A program made the position numbers and the translations under genes. A stretch of DNA of 64,000 bases from Nitrospirota bacterium (GTDB lineage: Bacteria > NPL-UPA2 > JAADIA01), in contig JAADIA010000079.1 of assembly GCA_013151555.1 (NCBI GenBank), positions 1,699 through 65,698 on the forward strand. Direction: 5' to 3'. Below, one piece after another: positions 30,703 to 39,602 of the stretch. The first letter of the stretch is position 1. The number at the start of each line of letters is the position of its first letter. The notes beneath the pieces are model-generated. The model had not been told where the DNA came from and did no database searches. It was given only the letters and a program-made list of their open reading frames with translations.

Positions 30703-31284
30703 GTGAAAGAAATAATGAAAAAGAAGATCGGAAAAGGGTTTACCCTAATTGAGTTGCTGGTAGTCATTGCTATTATTGCCATCTTGGCAGCTATGCTCTT
30801 ACCGGCACTGAATAAAGCCCGGGAGATGGCCAGGAGAGCAAACGGTGCCAGTAACCTCAAGCAGATTGGTTTGGCGGTCCACATGTATTCCACGGATTAC
30901 AGTGAGTGGTTGCCTCTCAAAGCCATTGGTGATGGTTCGGCTAGTTTAGAGCCTCTCTACCCGGAATATCTTGGCAATCTCAAGATATTTGCTTGTCCCA
31001 GTTCTAGTGAGGGTCCCCCGACCACCCAGGCAGAGATAGGTACTAAGAGTTCTTATGCCTATAAGTCTGTAGGACTGACTGAGATGGATGCTTCTGATAC
31101 ACCTATCGCAGCTGATGACACGGTAAACACATATGCAGATGCCGGTACTACTCTCACGAATAATGATAACCACGGTGTAGATGGGGTAAATATTCTCTAT
31201 ATGGATGGTAGCGTCAAGTTCCTGAAATCTAACAATAACGTCGTAGCGGCGCCAGGCTTGGCGGGATTAAAAGATGGTTTATAG
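30703..31284 (+). CDS. Prepilin-type N-terminal cleavage/methylation domain protein with DUF1559 (H-X9-DG) domain
   Basis: [25 protein letters not shown] class III signal; [11 protein letters not shown]... and terminal NILYMDGSV resemble the Planctomycetes/PVC DUF1559 family. Confidence 0.7.
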   Translation: MKEIMKKKIGKGFTLIELLVVIAIIAILAAMLLPALNKAREMARRANGASNLKQIGLAVHMYSTDYSEWLPLKAIGDGSASLEPLYPEYLGNLKIFACPSSSEGPPTTQAEIGTKSSYAYKSVGLTEMDASDTPIAADDTVNTYADAGTTLTNNDNHGVDGVNILYMDGSVKFLKSNNNVVAAPGLAGLKDGL

Positions 31285-31302
31285 CCTGCTTGGTTCACAT
31301 AT

Positions 31303-31389
31303 GCTTTGTAATTGGAAGAAAGCGGGTTGCCCCGCAACCTTTAATTAAAACTTTAAGCGTTTTAATTATGCGGCCCTTTGGGGGGATTA
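31303..31389 (+). other. Conserved ~90-nt element, copy 1 (candidate structured RNA / dispersed repeat)
   Basis: Aligns along its length with 47316-47408 including a compensatory hairpin (gcggg-ttgc-cccgc versus caggg-tgggaaagctccc-ccctg); strand assumed. Confidence 0.4.
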
Positions 31390-31443
31390 TTTATCAGGAT
31401 GCAAATAATCCGGCGTGAAAAAGCGAAAATCTGAAAAAAGGAT

Positions 31444-31478
31444 GAGCACTTAAGTTTTCTTAAGTGCTCTTCTTTTTA
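31444..31478 (+). terminator. Rho-independent terminator (gagcacttaag-tttt-cttaagtgctc + TTCTTTTT)
   Basis: Perfect 11-bp stem, 4-nt loop, U-tract; the only canonical intrinsic terminator seen in the window. Confidence 0.65.
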
Positions 31479-31526
31479 GGCTGTCGCGAAATATATTTCA
31501 GCCTGTTCCAGAGAAGGGAGTTGTTT

Positions 31527-33365
31527 TTGGTAAAATTTGCCGGGCAAAAGAGAACGGCAGTGACCTTGCTCCTGGCTATCGCCTTTACTGTCCCTTTAGC
31601 TGTCTACAGAGGAACCTCTAACCAGGTTTTGCTGAAGATTTCCCTGACCCAGCTTTTTCTTCTTCTGGGCTTTATTGTCTGGTCCGGCCGGGTGATCATA
31701 AAAAGAAAAGATTTAATTCTGCGAAGAAGTCCTTTAGACGGGCCCCTGCTCCTCTTTTTTTCTTTATCTCTTCTCTCCCTGTTCAATTCCCGCTACCGCT
31801 GGGCGGGAGGACCGGAAATCTATCGTCTCATTACTTACCTTCTGCTTTACGGAGTTAGCGTAAATATTCTGTGGGATAGACGGAATTTGAGCCGGCTCGT
31901 CTTCATCTGGTTGTTATCAACGGGTCTTGTCTCCCTCATTGGTCTCTATGAACATTTTTTTAAGGGCATGTCTCCTCCCCGTTCCACTTTTGGAAATGCT
32001 AATTTCTTTGCTGCTTACTTAGTTCTTCTCTTCCCTTTAACTCTGACTCTCTTCATCAGCAGTATCTTTAGTGGTTCCCGGCTCTCATTTAATAAAGAGG
32101 GGAGGCCGGAGGGTTTGAGGAGGAATTGGTTAAGAATCTCCTTTCTGGCGACCCTGTTACTGGTGATGACTCTTTCTCTTTTCTTGGCTTCTTCCCGCGG
32201 GGCCTGGTTAGGATTAAGCATTGGCCTGGTCTTCCTGGGTTGGCTCTTTTCCTGCCTCGGGACCGGCCGGCGCCGGTTAGCTACCCGGGTTATTCCTATT
32301 TTCCTGCTCCTTCTTCTTATCTTAACAGCTTTCTTTCTTCCCCGTCTCTTAGAAAAGAAATTCGTCCGGGAAGAATTAGAGAAAGGAACCCTGGGCATTC
32401 GGGTGCTTATCTGGGAGGGGACGGCAAAGATGATTGCTGCCCATCCTTTGCAAGGTTCCGGGATAGGAAGTTTTCAGGCGGCCTATCCTCGCTACCGGCT
32501 TCCCGAATATTTTGCTAATCCTCATGCCGTGGACTCTACCGCCCATGCTCATAACGAGTTCCTGGAAATAGCTGCGGAAACGGGAATTTTGGGTCTGCTT
32601 GCTTTTCTCTGGGTTCTAAGCGTTTTCTTTATAAAAGGAATAGATATAGTTAAAAGGGAAGAGGATAGATACAAACAGATTGTGGTTATGGGACTTATCT
32701 CCGGGGCGGCCGGCCTTTTGGTGACAAATTTAGTGGGAGTTAATCTTCGTTTTCCTTCCTCGGCTATCTTTCTCTGGTTGACTATGGGGATAACCATGAG
32801 CCAAATTCCCCTTACGGACCCTTATGGCCCCAGGCGGGTTGCCGGTTGGATTATTAAAACATCTCTTGTCTTCAGGGGAGCTATCTTCGGGTTGGTTCTT
32901 TTGCTGGTGGGGTTGGTTGGCTGGCAGGTGGTGGCTAAACCTTTCCTGGCAGATATGTATTTCCAGAAGGGAATTAATTACCGGAAAGCGGGAGATTGGG
33001 AAAAAGCTATCTCCGAGTACCAGAAGGCGGTTGAACTTGTCCCTTCCTTTATTCGGGTCTATTATCGCCAGGGATTTGCTTATGCTGTTATCGGTGATAT
33101 AGATAAAGCCATCTCTGCTTATAAGAAGGTGATAGACCTGGCTCCCGACTTCGCTCGTGTTCAGGCTAATATTGCTTTTCTCTATAAAGAGAAAGGGGAA
33201 CGGGATAAAGCCATCCGGGCTTATCAACGGGCTCTGGAGCTCAACCCGCGGGATCAGAAGAGTATTTATTATCTGAAGGAGATCTATGGTAATACCGGCC
33301 CGGACTCATTTTCTGGTGTAGAAATCAACCAGGATACGACCGTTAAGCCCGGGAAACCCTTTTGA
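31527..33365 (+). CDS. O-antigen ligase-like (Wzy_C) polytopic membrane protein with C-terminal TPR repeats
   Basis: About 10 predicted TM helices then TPR repeats (YRKAGDWEKAISEYQKAVEL...). The track start (GTG 31464) sits inside the terminator hairpin, so TTG 31527 after AAGGGAG is preferred. Confidence 0.55.
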   Translation: MVKFAGQKRTAVTLLLAIAFTVPLAVYRGTSNQVLLKISLTQLFLLLGFIVWSGRVIIKRKDLILRRSPLDGPLLLFFSLSLLSLFNSRYRWAGGPEIYRLITYLLLYGVSVNILWDRRNLSRLVFIWLLSTGLVSLIGLYEHFFKGMSPPRSTFGNANFFAAYLVLLFPLTLTLFISSIFSGSRLSFNKEGRPEGLRRNWLRISFLATLLLVMTLSLFLASSRGAWLGLSIGLVFLGWLFSCLGTGRRRLATRVIPIFLLLLLILTAFFLPRLLEKKFVREELEKGTLGIRVLIWEGTAKMIAAHPLQGSGIGSFQAAYPRYRLPEYFANPHAVDSTAHAHNEFLEIAAETGILGLLAFLWVLSVFFIKGIDIVKREEDRYKQIVVMGLISGAAGLLVTNLVGVNLRFPSSAIFLWLTMGITMSQIPLTDPYGPRRVAGWIIKTSLVFRGAIFGLVLLLVGLVGWQVVAKPFLADMYFQKGINYRKAGDWEKAISEYQKAVELVPSFIRVYYRQGFAYAVIGDIDKAISAYKKVIDLAPDFARVQANIAFLYKEKGERDKAIRAYQRALELNPRDQKSIYYLKEIYGNTGPDSFSGVEINQDTTVKPGKPF

Positions 33366-34763
33366 GTTTTCCGGAAGATATTTCTCTTTCAGCCAGGCTT
33401 GAGCGGTTCCCGAGGGACGGGAGACGGGGCTGTAGTCCCGGATGAGCCAGATCCTGGCGTAGTTAGTGGTCTCCAGGGTGGAGATAGCCCGGGGAGAGGT
33501 ATTCCCGGGGACTCCGGTCCGGTCCAGGTTTCCCGAATAGTAATAGTCGAAGGCAAACCCTAAGTAGGGTGGGTCAAACAAAATCAAGTCTTTACTCCCG
33601 GCATTATCTTCCACATATTTGGCTGTTCCTCTCCAGTCTTCCTTGAGGAAATCTTTTGTGTAATAGAGATGGAGCGAGAATAAATTCAGGAGAATAAACA
33701 TTGTCAGGAGGGCTCCGCTCACTTTCCGGCTTTTTAATTTAATTAATCCTCCGGAGAGCAGTAAGTAGTAGGCCGGGGAGGAGAAGATAAGATATTTGGA
33801 CTGAAAGGTATGAATCCTCAAGGGGAAGAAAAAAACTATTAACAGGGGGAAGAGGAGCCAGAAAAGCAAGAGGAAAGATGCCTCTTTGTGACGATATGTT
33901 ATCCACCCGTAGATAGCCAGAGCAAGAAAGATGAGCAAGGTTAAGGAAGTCAGCTGGTTGGAGAAAGCAAACCGGGGGTAGCCGAAAGTGAAGTCCAGGA
34001 AGAAAAGGCGGGTGCTGAGAAGAGCTGTCCAGGGGGAAAAGTTTGGGGCGGCCGGGATGGATTGGGTGAGGGCAATCCTTTGCATGAGAACCGGAATCCA
34101 GGGAGAGAAAGCAAGGAGAATAACTAACTGGGAGATGATGAACACTCTCAGAGAGGAACGGTATCTTTTCAGATAGAGAAAGAAGAAAATATTTTCTGCC
34201 AGGAGGATGAAGAAACTATAAAAGAAGGTATACAGGCTGAGAGCGGTGAAGAGAATGAAGCCCAGCCAGAGGGACTTTTTTTCTTCCCGGAGGCTGCGAT
34301 AGAAAAAATACAGGGAGAGGATGATGAGCAGGGTAATTAAAGTTTGCAACCTGGCTTCTTGAGCATAGAAGACTTGATAGGAAGAAATAGCCATGAGGAA
34401 GGAAGCCAGTAAACCTGTCTTCTCTCCGAAGAAGAGGCGGCCGGTCTGATAAATAAGGAGAATAGTCAAAATTCCCAGAAGGGCGGAAAGGCTCCTGGTT
34501 CGGGTTTCCGTGATGACCTGCGGAGTGAAACTCCGGGGATAACTAACCTTCTTTCCTCCTCGAATCCAGAGGTAGAGAAGGGTATTGTAAAGAGGCGGAT
34601 GGGCATCATTCTCAATAATTTCTTTTATCATGGGGAGGAACTGTTTTTGAGCGCGATAGAGGCTGGCTGCTTCGTCCAGCCAGAGGCTTTTCTGACCGAT
34701 CTGGTAGAACCTGAGGAATGTTCCCAGGATAAGGATAAGAATAATCGGGATGAATTTTTTCAT
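33306..34763 (-). CDS. GT39/GT83-family glycosyltransferase (ArnT / PMT-like, undecaprenyl-phosphate-sugar dependent)
   Basis: 485 aa polytopic membrane protein; N-terminal LRFYQIGQKSLWLDEA motif typical of ArnT/PMT family. Confidence 0.6.
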   Translation of the reverse strand: MKKFIPIILILILGTFLRFYQIGQKSLWLDEAASLYRAQKQFLPMIKEIIENDAHPPLYNTLLYLWIRGGKKVSYPRSFTPQVITETRTRSLSALLGILTILLIYQTGRLFFGEKTGLLASFLMAISSYQVFYAQEARLQTLITLLIILSLYFFYRSLREEKKSLWLGFILFTALSLYTFFYSFFILLAENIFFFLYLKRYRSSLRVFIISQLVILLAFSPWIPVLMQRIALTQSIPAAPNFSPWTALLSTRLFFLDFTFGYPRFAFSNQLTSLTLLIFLALAIYGWITYRHKEASFLLLFWLLFPLLIVFFFPLRIHTFQSKYLIFSSPAYYLLLSGGLIKLKSRKVSGALLTMFILLNLFSLHLYYTKDFLKEDWRGTAKYVEDNAGSKDLILFDPPYLGFAFDYYYSGNLDRTGVPGNTSPRAISTLETTNYARIWLIRDYSPVSRPSGTAQAWLKEKYLPENSKGFPGLNGRILVDFYTRK

Positions 34764-34820
34764 AGCATAGGAAAATATAAACCGCTAAACTTTTTTTGAC
34801 CGGATGTGCGGGGTATCCTG

Positions 34821-36152
34821 TCACACATTTTTTTGAATCAACTTATGAATATCTCCAGGCTCAATTATCTTTAGGCATATATTGTCTTTACAGGCCGAGT
34901 CTCTGTTGTTCAGGGCAGATAAACAGGGGGAGCAAGGTAATTCCGAGCAGATTATCCATTTATCTTTTCCCAGAGGACCAAAAACTTTTGGAGTTTCCGG
35001 TCCGAAAATAACAAATTTTTTTATTGAAGCAAGGGAAGCCAGGTGGGCCAGACCGCAATCGTTACAGATTAAAGCATCCGCGAGGTTGAAAAGGGACAAG
35101 AGTTCAGGTAAACTCGTTTGTCCCACTAAGTTCAAGCATCTTCTCTTACGAATACCGGCACAAAGCAATTCAGCTTTTTTATGTCCGCTTTTGGTTCCTA
35201 CCAGGATTATCCGGTTGTTGGGATCTTCCAGGAGTCGTTTAGATAAAGTGATAAAATTCTCTAAAGGCCATTCCCGTAAAGGCAAGGTTCCTTCTCCGGG
35301 GTTGAGCAGAAAAAGTTTGTTTTCTTTGACAATCCCGAATTCTTTCAATTTGCCTTCTATCTGTTTTGCAACTTCAGATGCTACCTGAGCTTTAGGGAGG
35401 GTGATGTCTTTATCCTTGATTTTTTTACTCATCTCCGGACTGTTTTTTTTCTCCTGCTTAACAGTTTGCCATAAAGACAAATAACTTTTGCTTATGTGGA
35501 GCAAAGGGTTATATTGAATGCGATGAGTCAAAAAGTTTCCGCGATACAAACCTTCAAAAGTGTAGTTGTAAAACCCTGTTTTTTTATCGGCCCGGATGAG
35601 AAAGGTGAGGATAGCGGTAAAACGTGAAAAAAGTTCCAAATCAAAAATAATATCTACCCGTTCTTTCGCCATTTTTCTCACTACCCGGAACGTATCGGAT
35701 ACGAATACCCCTACAGAGTCTTCCCGTATGGTGAGGATGTTATCGGCTTCGATAATATTACCGAAAAGTGCGAAAATGTCTCTGTTCTTTTCAAAGGTAA
35801 CAAAAAATAGTTTGACCCCGGGGCATTCTTCCTGCGCGCGTTTTAAGAGCGGATAGGCTAAAACAAGCGCCCCTAATTCGGATAGCTTTATAAAGAGTAT
35901 TTTCTTTGGGGTACCTTTTCTCCCGGTCTTTTTAAGGCCGAAAATCTTCAAGGAGGCATTCACGCAACTGAGCAGAAAACAAAGGGGTTTCCCCAACCAG
36001 TAGTCTATATATCTCATCAGGTTAACAGTCATGGAGTTCCAGTACCTTGCATTTCTCAGAGATGCGCTCTTTCCGGTTCTATCAGGGTAACCATTATCAG
36101 CAATTAGTAACCCCAGGGGGAACTCGAGGGAAAAAATCTTCTTCCCCGGCAT
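34821..36152 (-). CDS. GT9-family glycosyltransferase (ADP-heptose:LPS heptosyltransferase-like) with N-terminal extension
   Basis: KILFIKLSELGALVLAYPLL...VKLFFVT and C-terminal ...GLAHLASL...FGPE blocks typical of RfaF/RfaC-type GT9. Confidence 0.65.
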   Translation of the reverse strand: MPGKKIFSLEFPLGLLIADNGYPDRTGKSASLRNARYWNSMTVNLMRYIDYWLGKPLCFLLSCVNASLKIFGLKKTGRKGTPKKILFIKLSELGALVLAYPLLKRAQEECPGVKLFFVTFEKNRDIFALFGNIIEADNILTIREDSVGVFVSDTFRVVRKMAKERVDIIFDLELFSRFTAILTFLIRADKKTGFYNYTFEGLYRGNFLTHRIQYNPLLHISKSYLSLWQTVKQEKKNSPEMSKKIKDKDITLPKAQVASEVAKQIEGKLKEFGIVKENKLFLLNPGEGTLPLREWPLENFITLSKRLLEDPNNRIILVGTKSGHKKAELLCAGIRKRRCLNLVGQTSLPELLSLFNLADALICNDCGLAHLASLASIKKFVIFGPETPKVFGPLGKDKWIICSELPCSPCLSALNNRDSACKDNICLKIIEPGDIHKLIQKNV

Positions 36153-36366
36153 TTTTTTAGATTATCCTCTTCAATAGGCGGGCAGGATAACCACTACTTT
36201 TGCTAAAATATTTACTTTAACCTACCATATAGAGGGGGGAAAATCAAGAAAAATGTTGAACAGAAAAATGTTGACAGTATCTTTGGGCTATGATAGGTTT
36301 ATTGTGGCGGCTGTCCGCTTGGGGCAGACGAAATAAGGTAGTAACAGTTAAATATTTATGATTAAG

Positions 36367-36438
36367 GCGACGTAGCCAAGTGGCTAAGGCAGCGGTCTGC
36401 AAAACCGCAATTCGTGAGTTCGAATCTCACCGTCGCCT
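36367..36438 (+). tRNA. tRNA-Cys (GCA)
   Basis: Cloverleaf readable: acceptor ggcgacg/cgtcgcc, anticodon loop ctGCAaa, T-arm gttcgaatc. Confidence 0.85.
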
Positions 36439-36442
36439 CTAT

Positions 36443-36532
36443 GCCGGGGTGGCGGAACAGGCAGACGCGACGGACTTAAAATCCGTTGGAGGTTTCCCCT
36501 TCGTGCCGGTTCGACTCCGGCCCTCGGCACCA
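36443..36532 (+). tRNA. tRNA-Leu (TAA) with long variable arm, encoded CCA
   Basis: Acceptor gccgggg/cctcggc, anticodon loop ctTAAaa, long extra arm, T-arm ggttcgactcc, 3' ACCA. Confidence 0.8.
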
Positions 36533-36544
36533 CAAACTCTATAT

Positions 36545-36576
36545 TTTGGGTTTGGTATTTATTGGGATTTGGGTTT
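36545..36576. repeat. TTGGTA-TTGGGATTT family arm between tRNA-Leu and tRNA-Val
   Basis: tttgggtttggtatttattgggatttgggttt; same family as 24584-24648. Confidence 0.55.
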
Positions 36577-36584
36577 TCCTTGTG

Positions 36585-36658
36585 GGGCGGTTAGCTCAGC
36601 TGGTTAGAGTGCCACGTTGACATCGTGGAAGTCACTGGTTCAAGTCCAGTACCGCCCA
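36585..36658 (+). tRNA. tRNA-Val (GAC)
   Basis: Acceptor gggcggt/accgccc, D-loop agctggttag, anticodon loop ttGACat, T-loop ggttcaagtcc. Confidence 0.8.
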
Positions 36659-36664
36659 TTATTT

Positions 36665-36753
36665 GACAGAAAACAGAGGACAGATATCAGAAGACAGATG
36701 GATAAAAACAGATGTTTAATATAAGGTTGTTTCTGTTATCTGTCTTCTGTTTA
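36665..36753. repeat. GACAGA-family inverted tandem-unit element between tRNA-Val and thrS
   Basis: gacagaaaacagaggacagatatcagaagacagatggataaaaacagatg at 36665-36714; inverted gtttctgttatctgtcttctgtttag at 36728-36753. Confidence 0.65.
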
Positions 36754-36763
36754 GGGAAAAAGC

Positions 36764-38530
36764 ATGATGAATTCTAAAGATAAGCATAAGGCTGATTCAA
36801 AAGATAACCTGGAAACTCTGAGGCATAGTGCCGCTCATATCCTGGCCCAGGCAGTGAAGGAGCTTTATCCGGAAACCAAGTTGGGTATTGGCCCTGCCAT
36901 TGCCGATGGTTTCTATTATGATTTTGAGAGAAAAACTCCTTTTACTCTTGAAGATTTGGCAAAGATTGAAGAGAGGATGCAGAGAATTGTGAAGGCTGCC
37001 CTTCCTTTTCTGAAAAGTGTTCTTTCTAAGCAAGATGCTCTGGAAATATTTTCTGAATTGGAGGAGCCATATAAGTTAGAACTTCTGGAAGATCTGGAGA
37101 ATGATGAAGTAACTATCTACCGGCAGGGAAATTTTACTGACCTCTGTAGGGGGCCGCATCTGGCGAATACCGGAGAGCTGAAATCTTTCAAGCTCCTTAG
37201 CATAGCCGGAGCCTACTGGCGGGGTAGCGAAAAGAATCCTATGCTCCAGCGAATATACGGGACGGCCTTTCCCGGGGAAGTGGAGTTAGCAGAATATCTG
37301 CAGAATCTTGAAGAAGCTAAGAAGAGGGACCATCGCAGGTTAGGGAAAGAATTGGATCTCTTTAGCCTGGAGGAGGATGTTGGTCCCGGCTTGGTCCTCT
37401 GGCACCCTCGCGGGGCGATGTTGCGGAAGGTCATCGAGGACTTCTGGCGGGATGAGCATTTGAAACGGGGGTACCAACTTGTCTATACTCCTCATATCGC
37501 CGGAGAGAATTTGTGGAAGGTAAGTGGACATCTTGACTATTTCAGGGAAATGATGTATCCTTCTATGAGAATGGACGAGCGGAACTATCTTCTCAAACCG
37601 ATGAATTGTCCCTTTCATATAAGAATTTATAAGCAGAAAGTTCGTAGTTATCGAGACCTCCCCATTCGTTATGCTGAGTTAGGAACAGTCTACCGCTATG
37701 AACGTTCCGGGGTCCTGCATGGGTTGTTGAGGGTGCGAGGTTTTACTCAAGATGATGCCCATATTTTTTGTACTCCGGAGCAATTGTCCAAAGAAATTCT
37801 GAGCATTATCGATTTGATCCAGTTCATGTTGGAGGCTTTTGGTTATAAGGAGTTTCAGGTCGAGTTGAGTGTTCGCCATCCGGATAGAAGCGGTGATTAT
37901 CTGGGAGATGATGAAGGCTGGGCTCGGGCGGAGGCAGCTTTAGTTGAATCTCTGGACAAGAGGAATCTCTCCTATACGGTAGGGGAAGGAGAAGCAACCT
38001 TCTATGGTCCTAAGATCGATATCAAGCTGGTTGATGCTCTGGGAAGAGGTTGGCAAGGTCCAACAATCCAGGTAGATTTCAACCTTCCGGGACGTCTTAA
38101 TATTACTTATGTGGGAGATGATGGAAAGAAACATCCGGTGATGATGCTCCATCGAACCGTACTGGGAACGATGGAACGGTTTGTCGGAGGTTTGATAGAG
38201 CATTATGTCGGAGCATTTCCTTCCTGGCTGGCTCCTCTTCAGATCAGGGTGGTGACGATCAACCAGGGGCAGGAAGCTTATGCAAAGAAGGTTCTGCAGG
38301 AACTGCAGGAAAAAGGATTGCGGGCTGATCTGGATGCGGGAAAGGAAACGATTAGTTATAAGATTGGGAAGGCTGAACGGGAAAAAATTCCTTATATTTT
38401 AGTAGCGGGAGATAGGGAAGTAGAAGCGGGCACTGTTTCGGTAAGAAAGAGAAAGGATCGTCATCAAAAAGTAATGAAGGTTGAGGAGTTTATTGACAGG
38501 ATTCAGGAAGAAATAAAAAACCGTGAATAG
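36764..38530 (+). CDS. thrS: Threonyl-tRNA synthetase (lacking the N-terminal TGS domain)
   Basis: 588 aa; begins at the editing-domain motif RHSAAHILAQA; class II core and anticodon-binding domain present. Confidence 0.9.
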   Translation: MMNSKDKHKADSKDNLETLRHSAAHILAQAVKELYPETKLGIGPAIADGFYYDFERKTPFTLEDLAKIEERMQRIVKAALPFLKSVLSKQDALEIFSELEEPYKLELLEDLENDEVTIYRQGNFTDLCRGPHLANTGELKSFKLLSIAGAYWRGSEKNPMLQRIYGTAFPGEVELAEYLQNLEEAKKRDHRRLGKELDLFSLEEDVGPGLVLWHPRGAMLRKVIEDFWRDEHLKRGYQLVYTPHIAGENLWKVSGHLDYFREMMYPSMRMDERNYLLKPMNCPFHIRIYKQKVRSYRDLPIRYAELGTVYRYERSGVLHGLLRVRGFTQDDAHIFCTPEQLSKEILSIIDLIQFMLEAFGYKEFQVELSVRHPDRSGDYLGDDEGWARAEAALVESLDKRNLSYTVGEGEATFYGPKIDIKLVDALGRGWQGPTIQVDFNLPGRLNITYVGDDGKKHPVMMLHRTVLGTMERFVGGLIEHYVGAFPSWLAPLQIRVVTINQGQEAYAKKVLQELQEKGLRADLDAGKETISYKIGKAEREKIPYILVAGDREVEAGTVSVRKRKDRHQKVMKVEEFIDRIQEEIKNRE

Positions 38531-38588
38531 GATTAAGAATTAAGAATTAAGAAGAAAAACTTAATACTTACAACTTACAACTTAATTC
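38531..38588. repeat. Inverted tandem-unit element (unit GAATTAAG) immediately 3' of thrS
   Basis: gattaagaattaagaattaagaag then cttaatacttacaacttacaacttaattc. Confidence 0.55.
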
Positions 38589-38631
38589 TGTTTTTTAGAG
38601 GAGGTGACGACTAATAGCTAAAGAAATTAGG

Positions 38632-39126
38632 ATGAATGCCCGGATTAAAGCAGTGGAAGTAAGAGTTATTGAACATGATGGTAGTCAGTCAGGCATAATG
38701 CCGGTGAAGGAAGCTCTAAAGTTGGCTGAAGAGAAAGGCCTGGATTTAGTTGAGGTTGCTCCTCAGGCAAGTCCACCGGTATGCCGTGTTATGGATTACG
38801 GCAAGTATAGGTATGAACAGCGCAAGCGGACTAAGGAAGCCAAGAAAAAGCAGAAGATTACGGAAATCAAAGAGATCAAGTTGCGTCCGAAGATTGAAGA
38901 GCATGACTATCAGGTAAAGCTGCGGCAGGCGCAAAGGTTCTTGAAAAGCGGAGATAAGACAAAAGTTACTATCGTGTTTAGGGGCAGGGAAATGGCTCAT
39001 CTGGATATCGGGAAGAAGCTTTTAGACCGATTCGCCGGCGACATGACCGATTTGGGGGTAGTGGAAGTGGCTGCCAGAATGGAAGGTAGGAGTATGGGGA
39101 TGATCCTTGCTCCTCATAAGCAATAG
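38632..39126 (+). CDS. infC: Translation initiation factor IF-3
   Basis: IKAVEVRVIEHDGSQSGIM...PPVCRVMDYGKY canonical IF3; an in-frame AUA at 38614 with ideal SD spacing may be the true (non-canonical) start. Confidence 0.85.
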   Translation: MNARIKAVEVRVIEHDGSQSGIMPVKEALKLAEEKGLDLVEVAPQASPPVCRVMDYGKYRYEQRKRTKEAKKKQKITEIKEIKLRPKIEEHDYQVKLRQAQRFLKSGDKTKVTIVFRGREMAHLDIGKKLLDRFAGDMTDLGVVEVAARMEGRSMGMILAPHKQ

Positions 39127-39187
39127 AAGATAGAAAATAGAAGACAGGGAGTAGAGGACCGAAGAGTTTGACTTCTATCATCTGTGG
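39125..39187. repeat. GACAGA/AGATAGA-like inverted element 3' of infC (arm overlaps infC stop)
   Basis: agaagatagaaaatagaagacaggg at 39125-39149; inverted cttctatcatctgtgg at 39172-39187. Confidence 0.5.
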
Positions 39188-39201
39188 TAAGGAGAACGAA
39201 A

Positions 39202-39399
39202 GTGCCTAAGTTGAAAACTAAGCGAGGAGCAGCCAAAAGGTTCAAGGTGACCAAATCGGGAAGGATTGGAAGAAAAAAAGCTTGTGCCAGTCATATTCTG
39301 ACGAAGAAGTCCTCTAAACGTAAACGGGGACTAAGGCAGGCAGACACTGTTAGCAAAGCGGATAGAAAAGCAATTAAACTTCTGCTACCTTATGCTTGA
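39202..39399 (+). CDS. rpmI: 50S ribosomal protein L35
   Basis: GTG 39202 with AAGGAG 7 nt upstream gives [22 protein letters not shown]. Confidence 0.85.
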   Translation: MPKLKTKRGAAKRFKVTKSGRIGRKKACASHILTKKSSKRKRGLRQADTVSKADRKAIKLLLPYA

Positions 39400-39406
39400 A
39401 ACAGAT

Positions 39407-39577
39407 GGTTGAAAGTTAAGGTTGTAAAGTCTAAAGTAAAAAAACTTTTGGAAGAAGATATTTGTAAGTTTGAGATATAAGGTTTTTAAGTATAAGCCCC
39501 GGGTTGTCTAAGATTTAGGCAAGGTTTTTATTGTTTTCTTGCTTTTAACTTTCGACCTTCAATTTTAAACTATCAAC
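39407..39577. repeat. GGTTGAAAGTTAAGG-family inverted element between rpmI and rplT
   Basis: ggttgaaagttaaggttgtaaagtctaaagt at 39407-39437; inverted cttttaactttcgaccttcaattttaaactatcaac at 39542-39577. Confidence 0.6.
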
Positions 39578-39602
39578 TGTCTTTTGAGAAGGAGAATAAA
39601 AA

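Noticed and set aside
36152-36367. Divergent promoter for GT9 gene and tRNA cluster (ttgaca...tatgatagg; duplicated aaaaatgttgaacag/aaaaatgttgacag)
   Set aside because: Several overlapping candidate hexamers with poor spacing, so no single promoter could be assigned with confidence.
36380-36607. 75-aa ORF overlapping the tRNA-Cys/Leu/Val cluster
   Set aside because: It is completely accounted for by three canonical tRNA cloverleaves and the intervening repeat.
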